Positions 9,966 to 19,870 of a DNA stretch of 64,000 nt are shown piece by piece. The notes under the pieces are model-generated. The model ran no database searches and was not told the origin of the DNA. It worked only from the letters and a program-made list of their open reading frames with translations. Each line of letters begins with the position of its first letter. Position 1 is the first letter of the stretch. The position numbers and the translations under genes were made by a program. Source of the stretch: an uncultured cyanobacterium (GTDB lineage: Bacteria > Cyanobacteriota > Cyanobacteriia > Cyanobacteriales > CAWCAG01); contig CAWDOD010000002.1 of NCBI GenBank assembly GCA_963803805.1, positions 800,001-864,000 of the forward strand, given 5' to 3'.

Positions 9966-11792
9966 TTATTTAGTTAATTCTTTTTCAAAAGAAGCATCCT
10001 TCATTTCGTAGCTATTCCAAAACTTATCTGGTAAAGCCACATATTTGACACCTTTAATATGATTGCGTACTGCCCCTAAAGCTAAAGGATTGACTAAGTG
10101 AATCATAGGCAAATATTCTTGGGTTAAAATTTGTGTTTGGGCATATATTTCTTTACGCTTTTCTATATCTATTTCCCTCGCTCCTTGAATATATAAATCA
10201 CTAATTTGTTGTTCCCAATCATACACTTCTCTACCTTCGAGTTCTCCTTGTCCTGGTAAAGGTTTTTGATTGAAAGTATGCAACCCTCCTTCAACACTCC
10301 AAATATTGCTACCGCTATTAGGTTCGTTGCCCCCAGTGAAGCCTAGTAAATAGCATTCCCATTCTAGGGAATTAGAAAGTTTTTCTACTAAAGTATTAAA
10401 AGCAATAGGAGCAAAGTCTACTTGAATGCCAATTTTACTCAAATCTTGTTTGATTTGTGCTGCCATTGCTTCTCGGATTTTATTACCAGCATTAGTAATT
10501 AAACTAAAGCGTACACGGTTCCCTTCACCATCAAAAAGTTCATCCCCTCGATATTCAAACCCAGCTTCTTGTAATAACTGCCTAGATTTATCTAAATCGT
10601 AATCATAAACAGGTAAACCTTCTTTGGTAGAAAGGTAAAAAGGAGATTGAATAGAAATAGGAGAATTTTGTGGTTCACCGATACCACGAAAAATATTATT
10701 AACCATTGCTTCGCGATCTATAGCATGGGCAACAGCACGGCGAAATTCTACTGTATTAAACCAACGAGATTTAACCGGATCTACTAAAGGTTTGCCGTCT
10801 CGTTTACCTTTATTAAGGTTAAAAGAAAAGAAAGTTTGTCCATAAGCTGGCCCAGCATTATAGATACTAAAATCACCTTTTTCTTCCTCCCGTTTTAGTA
10901 GAGAGAAAAACTCTGGTGTAAGTCCTACTGCATCCAAACCACTAGAACGAAATTGTAATAAAGAAGTGTCGGTATTCTCAACAATTTCCCAGACTAATCT
11001 CTCAATATATGGTAACTGATTGCCTTGTTCATCTTTGCGCCAATAGTAAGGATTGCGCCTAAAAATAACCCTTTGATTAGTTTGATATCCTGCTAATTTG
11101 TAAGGGCCATTAACAATTACTTCTTTGGGTGGTGTATCAACTCCCCAAGTGCTTAAAAATTCAGGTTTACCGTCCTGGTTTTTTGTCTCCACCGCTTCCC
11201 TTAAAGCGTGTTCTGGTAATATGTATAACTCAGTTGTACCAAGAAAGGGAGCAAAGGATTCTGGAAGGGTGAATTTTACTTTCAAATCATCAAGCTTTTC
11301 TACTTTAGGAAAAGCCCTACTTTCACCAATTCTTAAAGCATCCCTCGCATCAGTAGGAATTTCTTCATTAAGATAAACATCATTATAGGTAAAGATAACA
11401 TCATCAGCCGTCAAAGGTTTACCATCAGACCATTTCAACCCTTCCCGCAGAGTGAAGGTGAATTCCAAACCGTCCTCAGAAATCTCCCAACTTTCTGCTA
11501 AAGCAGGCTCAATTTCTGCTGTTTGACTATTTTCTCCTACTAACCCTTCATAGGTACGCAAAAAGATGTGAGGAAATTCTTGGTTAAGGGCATAATTAAA
11601 AGTACTGGGATCACTTAACATTCCCGTTACCATCTCCGGAACTTTAGCAACGTCTTTTTCTAAAGCACTCAAGTTACAAGAACTAAGTGCCATAGCTAAA
11701 ATTGAGGCGATCGCCATAGTTAAGCAGCGTTGCCAATTGATAGTGGGGAAGGAAAACAGTTTCATCAATTTACCTAATTTCAATATCTGCAA
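9966..11792 (-). CDS. ABC transporter peptide-binding lipoprotein (family 5)
   Basis: LSSC lipobox, PALAESW, FTLREGLKWSDG, NGPYKL; start uncertain. Confidence 0.93.
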   Translation of the reverse strand: MQILKLGKLMKLFSFPTINWQRCLTMAIASILAMALSSCNLSALEKDVAKVPEMVTGMLSDPSTFNYALNQEFPHIFLRTYEGLVGENSQTAEIEPALAESWEISEDGLEFTFTLREGLKWSDGKPLTADDVIFTYNDVYLNEEIPTDARDALRIGESRAFPKVEKLDDLKVKFTLPESFAPFLGTTELYILPEHALREAVETKNQDGKPEFLSTWGVDTPPKEVIVNGPYKLAGYQTNQRVIFRRNPYYWRKDEQGNQLPYIERLVWEIVENTDTSLLQFRSSGLDAVGLTPEFFSLLKREEEKGDFSIYNAGPAYGQTFFSFNLNKGKRDGKPLVDPVKSRWFNTVEFRRAVAHAIDREAMVNNIFRGIGEPQNSPISIQSPFYLSTKEGLPVYDYDLDKSRQLLQEAGFEYRGDELFDGEGNRVRFSLITNAGNKIREAMAAQIKQDLSKIGIQVDFAPIAFNTLVEKLSNSLEWECYLLGFTGGNEPNSGSNIWSVEGGLHTFNQKPLPGQGELEGREVYDWEQQISDLYIQGAREIDIEKRKEIYAQTQILTQEYLPMIHLVNPLALGAVRNHIKGVKYVALPDKFWNSYEMKDASFEKELTK

Positions 11793-11885
11793 GTCATGTT
11801 AAACCTTTAGTGTTCTCTTGCTGAAGTTAACAACTAAGGCAAACAAATTAAATTTAGTATGAATTTTAAATATCATCATCAAAAG

Positions 11886-11959
11886 TCGGGATGACTGGAT
11901 TCGAACCAGCGGCCCCTTCGTCCCGAACGAAGTGCGCTACCAAGCTGCGCCACATCCCG
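11886..11959 (-). tRNA. trnP: tRNA-Pro(CGG)
   Basis: Reverse complement CGGGATGTGGCGCAGCTTGGTAGCGCACTTCGTTCGGGACGAAGGGGCCGCTGGTTCGAATCCAGTCATCCCGA folds as a cloverleaf; anticodon CGG; CCA not encoded. Confidence 0.97.
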
Positions 11960-12136
11960 CTATTTTAAGGTAATGATTATAACACATAAGCGTCGTGCAT
12001 TTCGGTCGTTTGTGGAGGAAGGAATATAGAAAATAGGGAATAGAGAATATTAATTGCTCTCTACTCCCTCAATTATTGATAAACTGAATCATTGGTCATT
12101 GATAATTGATCATTAACAACTGATAACTGAAAAGCT

Positions 12137-13015
12137 GTGGTAGTAAAACCAGATTGGTTACGGGTGAAAGCACCTCAATGGCAGCGCGTTGGTAGCGTTA
12201 AAGAAATCCTGCGTGACTTGTCTTTAAATACCGTTTGCGAAGAAGCCTCCTGTCCTAATATTGGTGAATGCTTCAGCGTTGGCACAGCCACTTTTTTAAT
12301 TATGGGGCCAGCTTGTACCCGTGCTTGCCCCTATTGTGATATAGATTTTGACAAAAAACCTCAAGCCTTAGATCCTACTGAACCCTTGCGTTTAGCCGAA
12401 GCAGTTAAACGCTTAGGATTAAATCATGTTGTGATTACCTCCGTTAACCGAGATGACTTAGCTGATGGTGGTGCAAGCCAATTTGTACTTTGTATAGAAC
12501 AAGTACGTAAAGTTTCTCCTCAAACCACAATCGAAGTATTGATCCCCGATTTATGTGGCAACTGGAATGCCCTAGAAACAATTTTACAAGCCCAACCCGA
12601 TGTACTCAATCACAACACTGAGACAATTAAGCGCTTATATAAAAGAGTACGTCCCCAAGGAAATTATCAGCGCTCCCTAGAACTTATACAGCGTACTCGC
12701 CAAATTGCCCCTTGGGTTTATAGCAAGTCAGGAATCATGGTAGGGCTAGGAGAATCGGACACTGAAGTTAGAGAAGTTATTACCGATTTACGTCGGGTAG
12801 ACTGCGATATTTTAACTATTGGACAATATTTGCAACCTTCCCAAAAACATCTAGGAGTGCAAGAATTTGTTACCCCAACTCAATTTGCGGCTTGGCAAGA
12901 ATTCGGTACATCGATCGGTTTTCTTCAAGTTGTTTCTAGCCCCCTCACTCGTAGTTCCTATCACGCAGAACAAGTGAAAGAATTAATGCAAAAGTATCCT
13001 CGCTCTAAGTTTTGA
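12137..13015 (+). CDS. lipA: Lipoyl synthase
   Basis: [31 protein letters not shown]. Confidence 0.97.
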   Translation: MVVKPDWLRVKAPQWQRVGSVKEILRDLSLNTVCEEASCPNIGECFSVGTATFLIMGPACTRACPYCDIDFDKKPQALDPTEPLRLAEAVKRLGLNHVVITSVNRDDLADGGASQFVLCIEQVRKVSPQTTIEVLIPDLCGNWNALETILQAQPDVLNHNTETIKRLYKRVRPQGNYQRSLELIQRTRQIAPWVYSKSGIMVGLGESDTEVREVITDLRRVDCDILTIGQYLQPSQKHLGVQEFVTPTQFAAWQEFGTSIGFLQVVSSPLTRSSYHAEQVKELMQKYPRSKF

Positions 13016-13568
13016 CCTGAGCTTAATTTAGTTAGTTTTAATTATTAAGTTATCAATAATTTTCATCTGAAAAGAGATTTTTATTGCTAGAATTAAAACA
13101 TTAATTTCAATCTCTTTGCTAATTCGTATTAACTACTAGCTAAATGCAAAGACTTGCTTTAAAATATTAGTAGTTACTGAGTTTGTAAGTGCAATTTCTT
13201 AATTGGTTTTTATAAACTAATTTCCTTACCTGTATCTGCACTTAGCTATCTTTATTAAGAAAAGACTTTGGCAATCTCCTCAATAAAGTCTCAACCCAAG
13301 TAAATATCAGCCCTAACCGCTATTCAAAATAAAAAACAGTCCGAAATCATGTTTTTTGGTGACGTAGATTAACATGAGATTTGATTGAAGTCACACAGGT
13401 TATTCCTGTAAATGCTTAAACTAATAGGTAAGGATGAGATAGCAACATAGCTATGTTGTCTTATTAAAAATCCCCTTGTTGATTAGTTACCCAAATTGGG
13501 AAATATAGCATTAAGCAGTGACTTAAAAGTTCAACCCTGCTATTGCCGTTCGTAATAGAGAAATCGTT

Positions 13569-14816
13569 ATGCCAGCTACTTCCTTTTACCTCGATACATC
13601 AAACACCGATACTCCACCTATTAATGGTTTTGGTATAAATGATACGAGCAATTCAGTTGGACAACCAGAAGATGGTTTGGTTGAACTAGAATTAGAAGAT
13701 AAAGACAAAAGCTCGTCAAAATCAGCCAGCCGTACTACTACAGATTTAGTTAGACTTTATCTCCAAGAAATTGGTCGAGTCCCCCTATTAAGAAGAGATC
13801 AAGAAGTTTCTGAAGCTCAAAAAATCCAACGTCATATGTCTTTGTTGGAAATGCGCGCAGAAATTGCTTCCCAGGGTGATGAAGTAGTTGAACGCTACTT
13901 GCAATTAATTGAAATCCACGACCGATTAGTATCTAAATTAGGTCACCGTCCTTCTTGGCAAAAATGGGCTACGGTTGCAGAAATGGATGTCCCCCAGATG
14001 AAGAGTGCCTTAGTAGCTGGAAAACAGCGTTGGGCCGAATCGGCTGGGCTTACCCCTAAAGAATTAGATAGCTTGCAAAAAGCCGGTATCAAAGCTAAGG
14101 AGCATATGATTAAAGCGAATTTGCGCTTAGTTGTCTCTGTCGCTAAAAAATACCAGAATCGTGGTTTAGAACTACTCGATTTAATTCAAGAAGGTACTTT
14201 AGGTATTGAAAGAGCAGTCGAGAAATTTGATCCTACCAAAGGTTATCGCTTCAGTACCTATGCCTATTGGTGGATTCGCCAAGGGATTACTAGGGCGATC
14301 GCCACTCAAAGTCGTACCATTCGCCTGCCAGTTCATATCACCGAGAAACTGAACAAAATCAAAAAAGCTCAACGCAAAATCTCCCAGGAAAAGGGCAGAA
14401 CCCCCACCATGGATGATGTTGCTAAAGAGCTAAACATGAGCGTACCGCAAATTCGCGAAGTGTTGTTGCGGGTTCCTCGTTCAGTATCTTTAGAAGTTAA
14501 AGTTGGTAAGGAAAAGGACACTGAATTAGGAGATTTACTAGAAACAGAATATATTTCTCCTGAAGAATCCTTGATGCGAGAAGCTTTACAAAGGGACTTG
14601 CATAATCTTCTAGCAGATTTGACTTCCCGTGAAAGAGATGTGATTCGGATGCGTTTCGGTTTAGGAGATGGCAACCCCTACTCATTAGCAGAAATTGGTC
14701 GCGCCCTTGATTTATCTCGTGAACGAGTCAGACAAATTGAATCAAAAGCACTACAAAAGTTACGTCAACCTAAGCGTCGGGAAAGAATTAGAGATTACCT
14801 GGATGCTTTAAGCTAA
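13569..14816 (+). CDS. sigC: Group 2 sigma factor SigC
   Basis: TDLVRLYLQEIG, SigC-type insert [32 protein letters not shown]. Confidence 0.88.
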   Translation: MPATSFYLDTSNTDTPPINGFGINDTSNSVGQPEDGLVELELEDKDKSSSKSASRTTTDLVRLYLQEIGRVPLLRRDQEVSEAQKIQRHMSLLEMRAEIASQGDEVVERYLQLIEIHDRLVSKLGHRPSWQKWATVAEMDVPQMKSALVAGKQRWAESAGLTPKELDSLQKAGIKAKEHMIKANLRLVVSVAKKYQNRGLELLDLIQEGTLGIERAVEKFDPTKGYRFSTYAYWWIRQGITRAIATQSRTIRLPVHITEKLNKIKKAQRKISQEKGRTPTMDDVAKELNMSVPQIREVLLRVPRSVSLEVKVGKEKDTELGDLLETEYISPEESLMREALQRDLHNLLADLTSRERDVIRMRFGLGDGNPYSLAEIGRALDLSRERVRQIESKALQKLRQPKRRERIRDYLDALS

Positions 14817-14883
14817 AAGATTGAAGGGATTAAAAAATAACCTGGATGTTTTAAAATTTGATTAAGAGGAAAAGGATTTGTTC

Positions 14884-15768
14884 TTAGGGTTTATAAACCA
14901 CCCTAGCATCAAATCCTTTCGCTTTTAAAAGGTAAGCGCGGCTTTCTGCATAGGATCTGCTGTTAAAGCTTCCAGCGTTAACGTAGCTACCTCTTCTGGA
15001 TCGGGCTGAAATTGCTCTAGGTTCAGTTTCTAAAGCCCGATTGACTGCCTCAAGGCTGTCTCCTGGCACTACAACTACGTAGGGTTGGTTTTGAATAGTT
15101 GCTGCTACCAGTAGACCTAGTTTTTCTAGTGTTTCTTGCCCCGCTACTCCATCTGCCCGTAAGCCGTTATCCCTTTGAAATTGTCTTACCGCAGACTCTG
15201 TTTGTGAACCATAGATTCCATCTATCTGACTAAAGTAATATCTCCTCTGATTAAGTTCTCTCTGTAGAATCCTTACATCCTCACGATCATTAACTCTACC
15301 TCGACTTAAGCTTGTTGATATTAGCGTATTATTATTTCTGGTATCAAAAGCAGTACTTCGATTTCTTGTAGGTAGAGATGAGATATTTGTTAACCTATTC
15401 AACTCACCCCTTGTTTCAGGTCCAACTATGCCATCTACTCCTAAGCCATAATTGATTTGAAATCTTTCCACAGCAGTAGTCGTAGAAATATCAAAGAATT
15501 GATCCGGAGTGTCATTAAAATAGCCAAGTTGTCTTAACTGAGATTCAACTAGCCTAACTTCCTCACCAAAACTACCTTCTTGGAGAAAGTTAGATTGAGC
15601 TAATGTTTCTCCTGTTGTACTAAAAATCAAAAGTACACTAATTAGGGAAACGAGATAAAGTTGAGCATTTCCGGCTAAACCTTGTAGATCAGGTAAATTG
15701 TAATCTGGCGGCGACTCTGAAGTTTCCTCCTGGGCCAACTCTAATTGAAGATATGCAAAAGCTTCCAT
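14884..15768 (-). CDS. Peptidoglycan-binding protein (two PG_binding_1 domains, SPOR-like C-terminus)
   Basis: AVERFQ..GLGVDGIVGPET and AVRQFQ..GLRADGVAGQET; start at ATG 15768. Confidence 0.88.
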   Translation of the reverse strand: MEAFAYLQLELAQEETSESPPDYNLPDLQGLAGNAQLYLVSLISVLLIFSTTGETLAQSNFLQEGSFGEEVRLVESQLRQLGYFNDTPDQFFDISTTTAVERFQINYGLGVDGIVGPETRGELNRLTNISSLPTRNRSTAFDTRNNNTLISTSLSRGRVNDREDVRILQRELNQRRYYFSQIDGIYGSQTESAVRQFQRDNGLRADGVAGQETLEKLGLLVAATIQNQPYVVVVPGDSLEAVNRALETEPRAISARSRRGSYVNAGSFNSRSYAESRAYLLKAKGFDARVVYKP

Positions 15769-15964
15769 GATTTTGCTGTTTTTGCTAATTTTCCCGCTAG
15801 TATATAGCAACATTGAGGGCTGGCTTGAGATTAATTTGCTGGAAACAAAAACTCAACAAAGTTTTTAAATAATTATGGCAATTAAGCCATAGAGAAGCAG
15901 TAGTTGAAGGCTGCCTTTTAAAAAACAACTTCAACTACGGACAACCCAGAGTATCGATTTTTGT

Positions 15965-16141
15965 TTAAATGATTCCTAAGCGATCGCAGATAACGGCACA
16001 GGATGCAGCAATAATAGTTAACGCTAAAGCCAGTAGAGGATGTTGTCCTTGGCTAACGGCAAAAGAGGTAACTATACCTGCTCCCACTGTAGCTATAGCC
16101 ATGGAAGTCCAGAAATTTTTATCAACCTTTTTCTTATACAT
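15965..16141 (-). CDS. Small two-TM membrane protein
   Basis: Hydrophobic hairpin around QGQHP; downstream hairpin at 15900-15938. Confidence 0.7.
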   Translation of the reverse strand: MYKKKVDKNFWTSMAIATVGAGIVTSFAVSQGQHPLLALALTIIAASCAVICDRLGII

Positions 16142-16432
16142 GGGTGCTTCACTCAACAAGTTTAATTATGGGAAAAGTCATTTTTTAAGGAGAGATGTTA
16201 CCAAAAATACCATTTGGTTTTCGTATTGCTGAAAAGCAGAGACAATCTTGCAATCAAGGTTTAAACTTAGCTACTTTTCTTAACATGAATTGACCGAAAA
16301 ATTCTTGATTTCCTTACTGAATTACCCATTTTCACCAAGAATCATGATTGCTAACCCACGCTTTACTTGTGTACACTTCTTAAATTATGTAGATTTGTAA
16401 AAGTGTTAGGAGAGGCAAATCAATTTAACTTT

Positions 16433-17146
16433 ATGCAAACATTATTCCCCCCTAATTTTGCACCAACTCCTCAAACTGAAAACCAGCCCCTAAAACTTGT
16501 TGCCCTTGGAGACAGTTTAATTTATGGGTTCGGTGATCCCGTAGGTGGTGGTTGGGTAGAAAGACTACGCCGTCAGTGGATGTTTTCAGAAAGTCCTGGT
16601 CACGTTCTCTATAATCTTGGTATTAGGGGGGATGGAGTCATTCAAGTTTCCCAACGCCTAGAACAAGAATTTCGTACCCGTGGCGAGTTGCGTAACCGCT
16701 TACCAGACTTAATTATTTTATCAGTAGGAGTGAATGATTCCGCCCGCTTAGGTCACAGCAAAGGCAAGGGTTTTACAGAAGAAGAGGTTTTTCAATTCCA
16801 ACTAGCCCAACTACTAAACCGCGCTAAAGGGCTATGTCCTGTATTATTTGTGGGCATGGTTCCAGTAGATGAGCAGAAAATGCCTTTTCTCAACTGCCTT
16901 TACTATAATCACCAGGATCAATATCTTTACAAAGAAATGACTCGTCAAGCTTGTGAAGCAAGGAAAATACCTTACTTAGATATTTTCGATATCTGGCTGA
17001 AAAGGGGAGAAAATTGGCTTGCCCCTCATCTTAGTGCAGATGGGCTTCATCCTAACGTTAAAGGGTATCAAGCTTTGCTCGAAGATATACTAGCTTGGGA
17101 ACCTGTGGCTAAGCTAAATTATCCAAGCCAGCTTAAGCATCTTTGA
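16433..17146 (+). CDS. GDSL/SGNH hydrolase
   Basis: ALGDSL, NLGIRGD, GVND, DGLHP. Confidence 0.93.
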   Translation: MQTLFPPNFAPTPQTENQPLKLVALGDSLIYGFGDPVGGGWVERLRRQWMFSESPGHVLYNLGIRGDGVIQVSQRLEQEFRTRGELRNRLPDLIILSVGVNDSARLGHSKGKGFTEEEVFQFQLAQLLNRAKGLCPVLFVGMVPVDEQKMPFLNCLYYNHQDQYLYKEMTRQACEARKIPYLDIFDIWLKRGENWLAPHLSADGLHPNVKGYQALLEDILAWEPVAKLNYPSQLKHL

Positions 17147-17171
17147 ATTTTGCTAATGCGCCTAGTACGTC

Positions 17172-17256
17172 GATTTGCTTTTAAACACTTAAGTCCTTAT
17201 TTTGTGAGGGTTTTGCCTTATACAGGGTCTCCAAATAGATTTGCTTTTAAACACTT
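17172..17256. repeat. 19-bp perfect direct repeat with 47-bp spacer
   Basis: GATTTGCTTTTAAACACTT at 17172-17190 and 17238-17256. Confidence 0.9.
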
Positions 17257-18681
17257 TTACGCCCAAAAGGGAAGATAGCGAGCATAGCGTGTGGAAGCTG
17301 ATTCAGAATCGTCTTGCTTAATCAAACCATCTTCCTTTGTGGCTCTAATTACAATAGAAATTGCTGATGTCGATTTTTTAGAATCGCTCATCTTAAAACG
17401 CTCTCGTAAAGTTTGGTTTGACATCCGTTGATTGCTAACGTAGAGTAAGCAACAATGCTGATAACAAGCTCGGATGCGGTCTGATTTACTCATATCAGAA
17501 AAATTTTTGTGGGAAAACAAAATTGCTGTAGTGCGAGTTTCTCCTGCTCTAAAATCCGGTGCTGGTAATTGAAAAACTTCTACAGCTTCAATCACTTTGT
17601 CAATGCCGCTACCTTTTTCTTCACAAATTTTGAAGCGTCGCATTATGTCAGCAAGTTGTTCATTGCGAGAACGATATTCATCAATAAAACGTTCTACTTT
17701 AATAGGAGGAATTCCAGGGTTAGAAATTTCAATGCGATCACTATACATTTCAATCATCACCGAAGTTCCTGTAGACAGAAAATCCTGATGGATTAGAGCA
17801 TTAGCAATTAATTCCCTAAGCGCCTGTATAGGGAACATCTGCACTTCTTCACGCACAACTTGTTCAATAAAATGGTTTTGTGGTGCAGATGAATGAACAG
17901 AGTTTACTAACTCTTTAAATCCAACAGCATAACCTTTCCGAATAGTAATTTCTGTTTTGGTTTTGAGTTTATTGATTCCGTCATAAATAGTAAAACGTGG
18001 TGCTTTCCGAGCTAATCCTGTTGAAAAAGCATCAAGCCTTTTTGCTAATACGATTGCAGCTAAGTTAGAAATATTCCAGCCTCGATTTGTTAAACGAATA
18101 AAATTTTCACTCTGAAGTCTTTCTAGTACAGCATCGCGATTGATCGGGTAGGGTATTTCTAATAATTCAAAATAGGTTTGGGTATCGAGTAGAGCAATAA
18201 CATCAGCAGGATTAGCACCAGAGTGTGCTGGTTTTGAAAACCAACTCTGCCTATCTTCAGCAAATATACGCTTGAGCATATCAGGAGTCATTGGCACTAA
18301 ATTCTCACCTGAGCGCATTAGGTAAGATCCCTCCAAAGCTAATGGCTGTCCTGTGGGGCGAGTAGGTATTTCAAACACTAAAATCCGGCCCTCTGGATGT
18401 GGTAACTCTGTAGTTTCTACTCGTAATCGAAGTTTCTCAAGAATAGACGCCTTGATTTTGTTGAGTTTTTCTGGTGTATCAAAAGCCTGAGAGCCAACAA
18501 CCTTGCGTGGAAGCTTATCAGTGACTCCGAAAACTAAGTACCCACCTCCCTCGTTGGCAATTGCTACACAATACCGCATCAACTTAGTTGTATCAAACTG
18601 ATTTTTAGCTTCTTTAAATTCTAGATGTTCAGTTTCTACAGGTTCAACAAGCCATTTTTTTATAGTATCAAGAGTAACCAC
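17257..18681 (-). CDS. AlbA_2 (Schlafen-like) + HATPase_c_4 + wHTH protein
   Basis: ETEHLEFKEA, AIANEGGGYLVFGV, ALRELIANALIHQD, IEISNPG, CEEKGSGI. Confidence 0.88.
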   Translation of the reverse strand: MVTLDTIKKWLVEPVETEHLEFKEAKNQFDTTKLMRYCVAIANEGGGYLVFGVTDKLPRKVVGSQAFDTPEKLNKIKASILEKLRLRVETTELPHPEGRILVFEIPTRPTGQPLALEGSYLMRSGENLVPMTPDMLKRIFAEDRQSWFSKPAHSGANPADVIALLDTQTYFELLEIPYPINRDAVLERLQSENFIRLTNRGWNISNLAAIVLAKRLDAFSTGLARKAPRFTIYDGINKLKTKTEITIRKGYAVGFKELVNSVHSSAPQNHFIEQVVREEVQMFPIQALRELIANALIHQDFLSTGTSVMIEMYSDRIEISNPGIPPIKVERFIDEYRSRNEQLADIMRRFKICEEKGSGIDKVIEAVEVFQLPAPDFRAGETRTTAILFSHKNFSDMSKSDRIRACYQHCCLLYVSNQRMSNQTLRERFKMSDSKKSTSAISIVIRATKEDGLIKQDDSESASTRYARYLPFWA

Positions 18682-18844
18682 GCTGCGTTCCCCGTTGTAA
18701 TATAGACTGTGATTTACCTGCTTTGAATGAAGTATTACCTTTTTTCATTATCCAACAAAGATGCGAAGCTCGTAAGGTGATTTTCGATTTCCCGATTGGT
18801 TAAAATTAGAGAAGATGAGAAAGAAAGAATAGGGAGTTAGATCA

Positions 18845-19039
18845 ATGGTTAAATTGTTAGGTATAGTTCTGGTCATAGTTTATATCTGGGGATGTATCAA
18901 GTTTTGGCAAGGATTTAAAAGAACTAATTTTGTCCCCACTTTTGCTAATCGCCTTCTCTTAGCAGCTTTTTGGCCAGCTTTGTTGATTGTTAACAAATCC
19001 TATCGCCAAAATTTTCAAAAAGCCCTTAAAGGTAGATAG
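18845..19039 (+). CDS. Small cyanobacterial membrane protein
   Basis: GGAG RBS; KFWQGFKRTNF...FWP...SYRQNF pattern. Confidence 0.8.
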   Translation: MVKLLGIVLVIVYIWGCIKFWQGFKRTNFVPTFANRLLLAAFWPALLIVNKSYRQNFQKALKGR

Positions 19040-19059
19040 GGGAATAAAAGGAGAGCAGA

Positions 19060-19842
19060 ATTAATCAATATATTTGGTTGATTGGTGGTACTAGTGAGAG
19101 TGGGGCAGTAGCGCGATCGCTGGCTGCTAAGAATTTGCCTTGTTTGATTAGCGTCACTACAGAATCTGCTTGTTCTCTTTATCCTCAGTTACCTTGTTTT
19201 GAGGTGATGGTGGGTAAACTTAATCGGCAACAAATTGAGTCTTTGTTAAGGGAACGAAATATCAAGGGTATTGTTGATGCTTCCCATCCCTATGCCACAG
19301 AAATTTCTCAAACTGCGATCGCCATATCTTCCCAACAAAATTTACCTTATTTACGTTATGAACGTCCAAGTTTAGGGGAGAATGAAGGAGAGGGAAGAGA
19401 GGGAAGGTTAGCTAGTTTTGCTACCCTCCTCCAAGGGAATTACCTCACCAGACAGCGAGTACTTTTAACCGTTGGTTATAAAGCCTTACCTTTATTTCAG
19501 CCTTGGCAAAACAGGGCTACTCTTTTCGCCAGAATTTTACCTAATCAAGAATCTTTACAAGTCGCCTTAAAAGCAGGATTTACGAACCATCGCCTCATTG
19601 CCATTCGCCCTCCTTTAAGTAAAGAATTGGAAAAGGCTTTATGGCAGCAGTGGGAAATTTCTTTAGTAGTAACCAAAGCTTCAGGGAAAGCAGGAGGAGA
19701 GGCCATCAAACGTTCTTTAACTAAAGAACTAGGGATACCACTAATCACTATCACCAGACCAAAAGTCAACTATCCCCAACAAACTAGCAAGTTATCAGAA
19801 GTAATAGTATTTTCTAAGCAACTCATATCAAACTCTAATTGA
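19060..19842 (+). CDS. cobK: Precorrin-6A/cobalt-precorrin-6A reductase (probable ATT start)
   Basis: IWLIGGTSE, DASHPYA, YLRYERP, VVTKASG. Confidence 0.9.
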   Translation: MNQYIWLIGGTSESGAVARSLAAKNLPCLISVTTESACSLYPQLPCFEVMVGKLNRQQIESLLRERNIKGIVDASHPYATEISQTAIAISSQQNLPYLRYERPSLGENEGEGREGRLASFATLLQGNYLTRQRVLLTVGYKALPLFQPWQNRATLFARILPNQESLQVALKAGFTNHRLIAIRPPLSKELEKALWQQWEISLVVTKASGKAGGEAIKRSLTKELGIPLITITRPKVNYPQQTSKLSEVIVFSKQLISNSN

Positions 19843-19870
19843 TTGTTTTACAAAGCAAATTTGATCTATA

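Noticed and set aside
11886-11959. tRNA-Pro as an island integration site
   Set aside because: No duplicated tRNA 3' end and no integrase seen in the window
17172-17256. Mini-CRISPR reading of the 19-bp direct repeats
   Set aside because: Only two short non-palindromic copies, no cas genes, no typical repeat ends
18682-19059. Cobalamin riboswitch upstream of cob genes
   Set aside because: No B12-box-like core seen; the region is largely a small CDS
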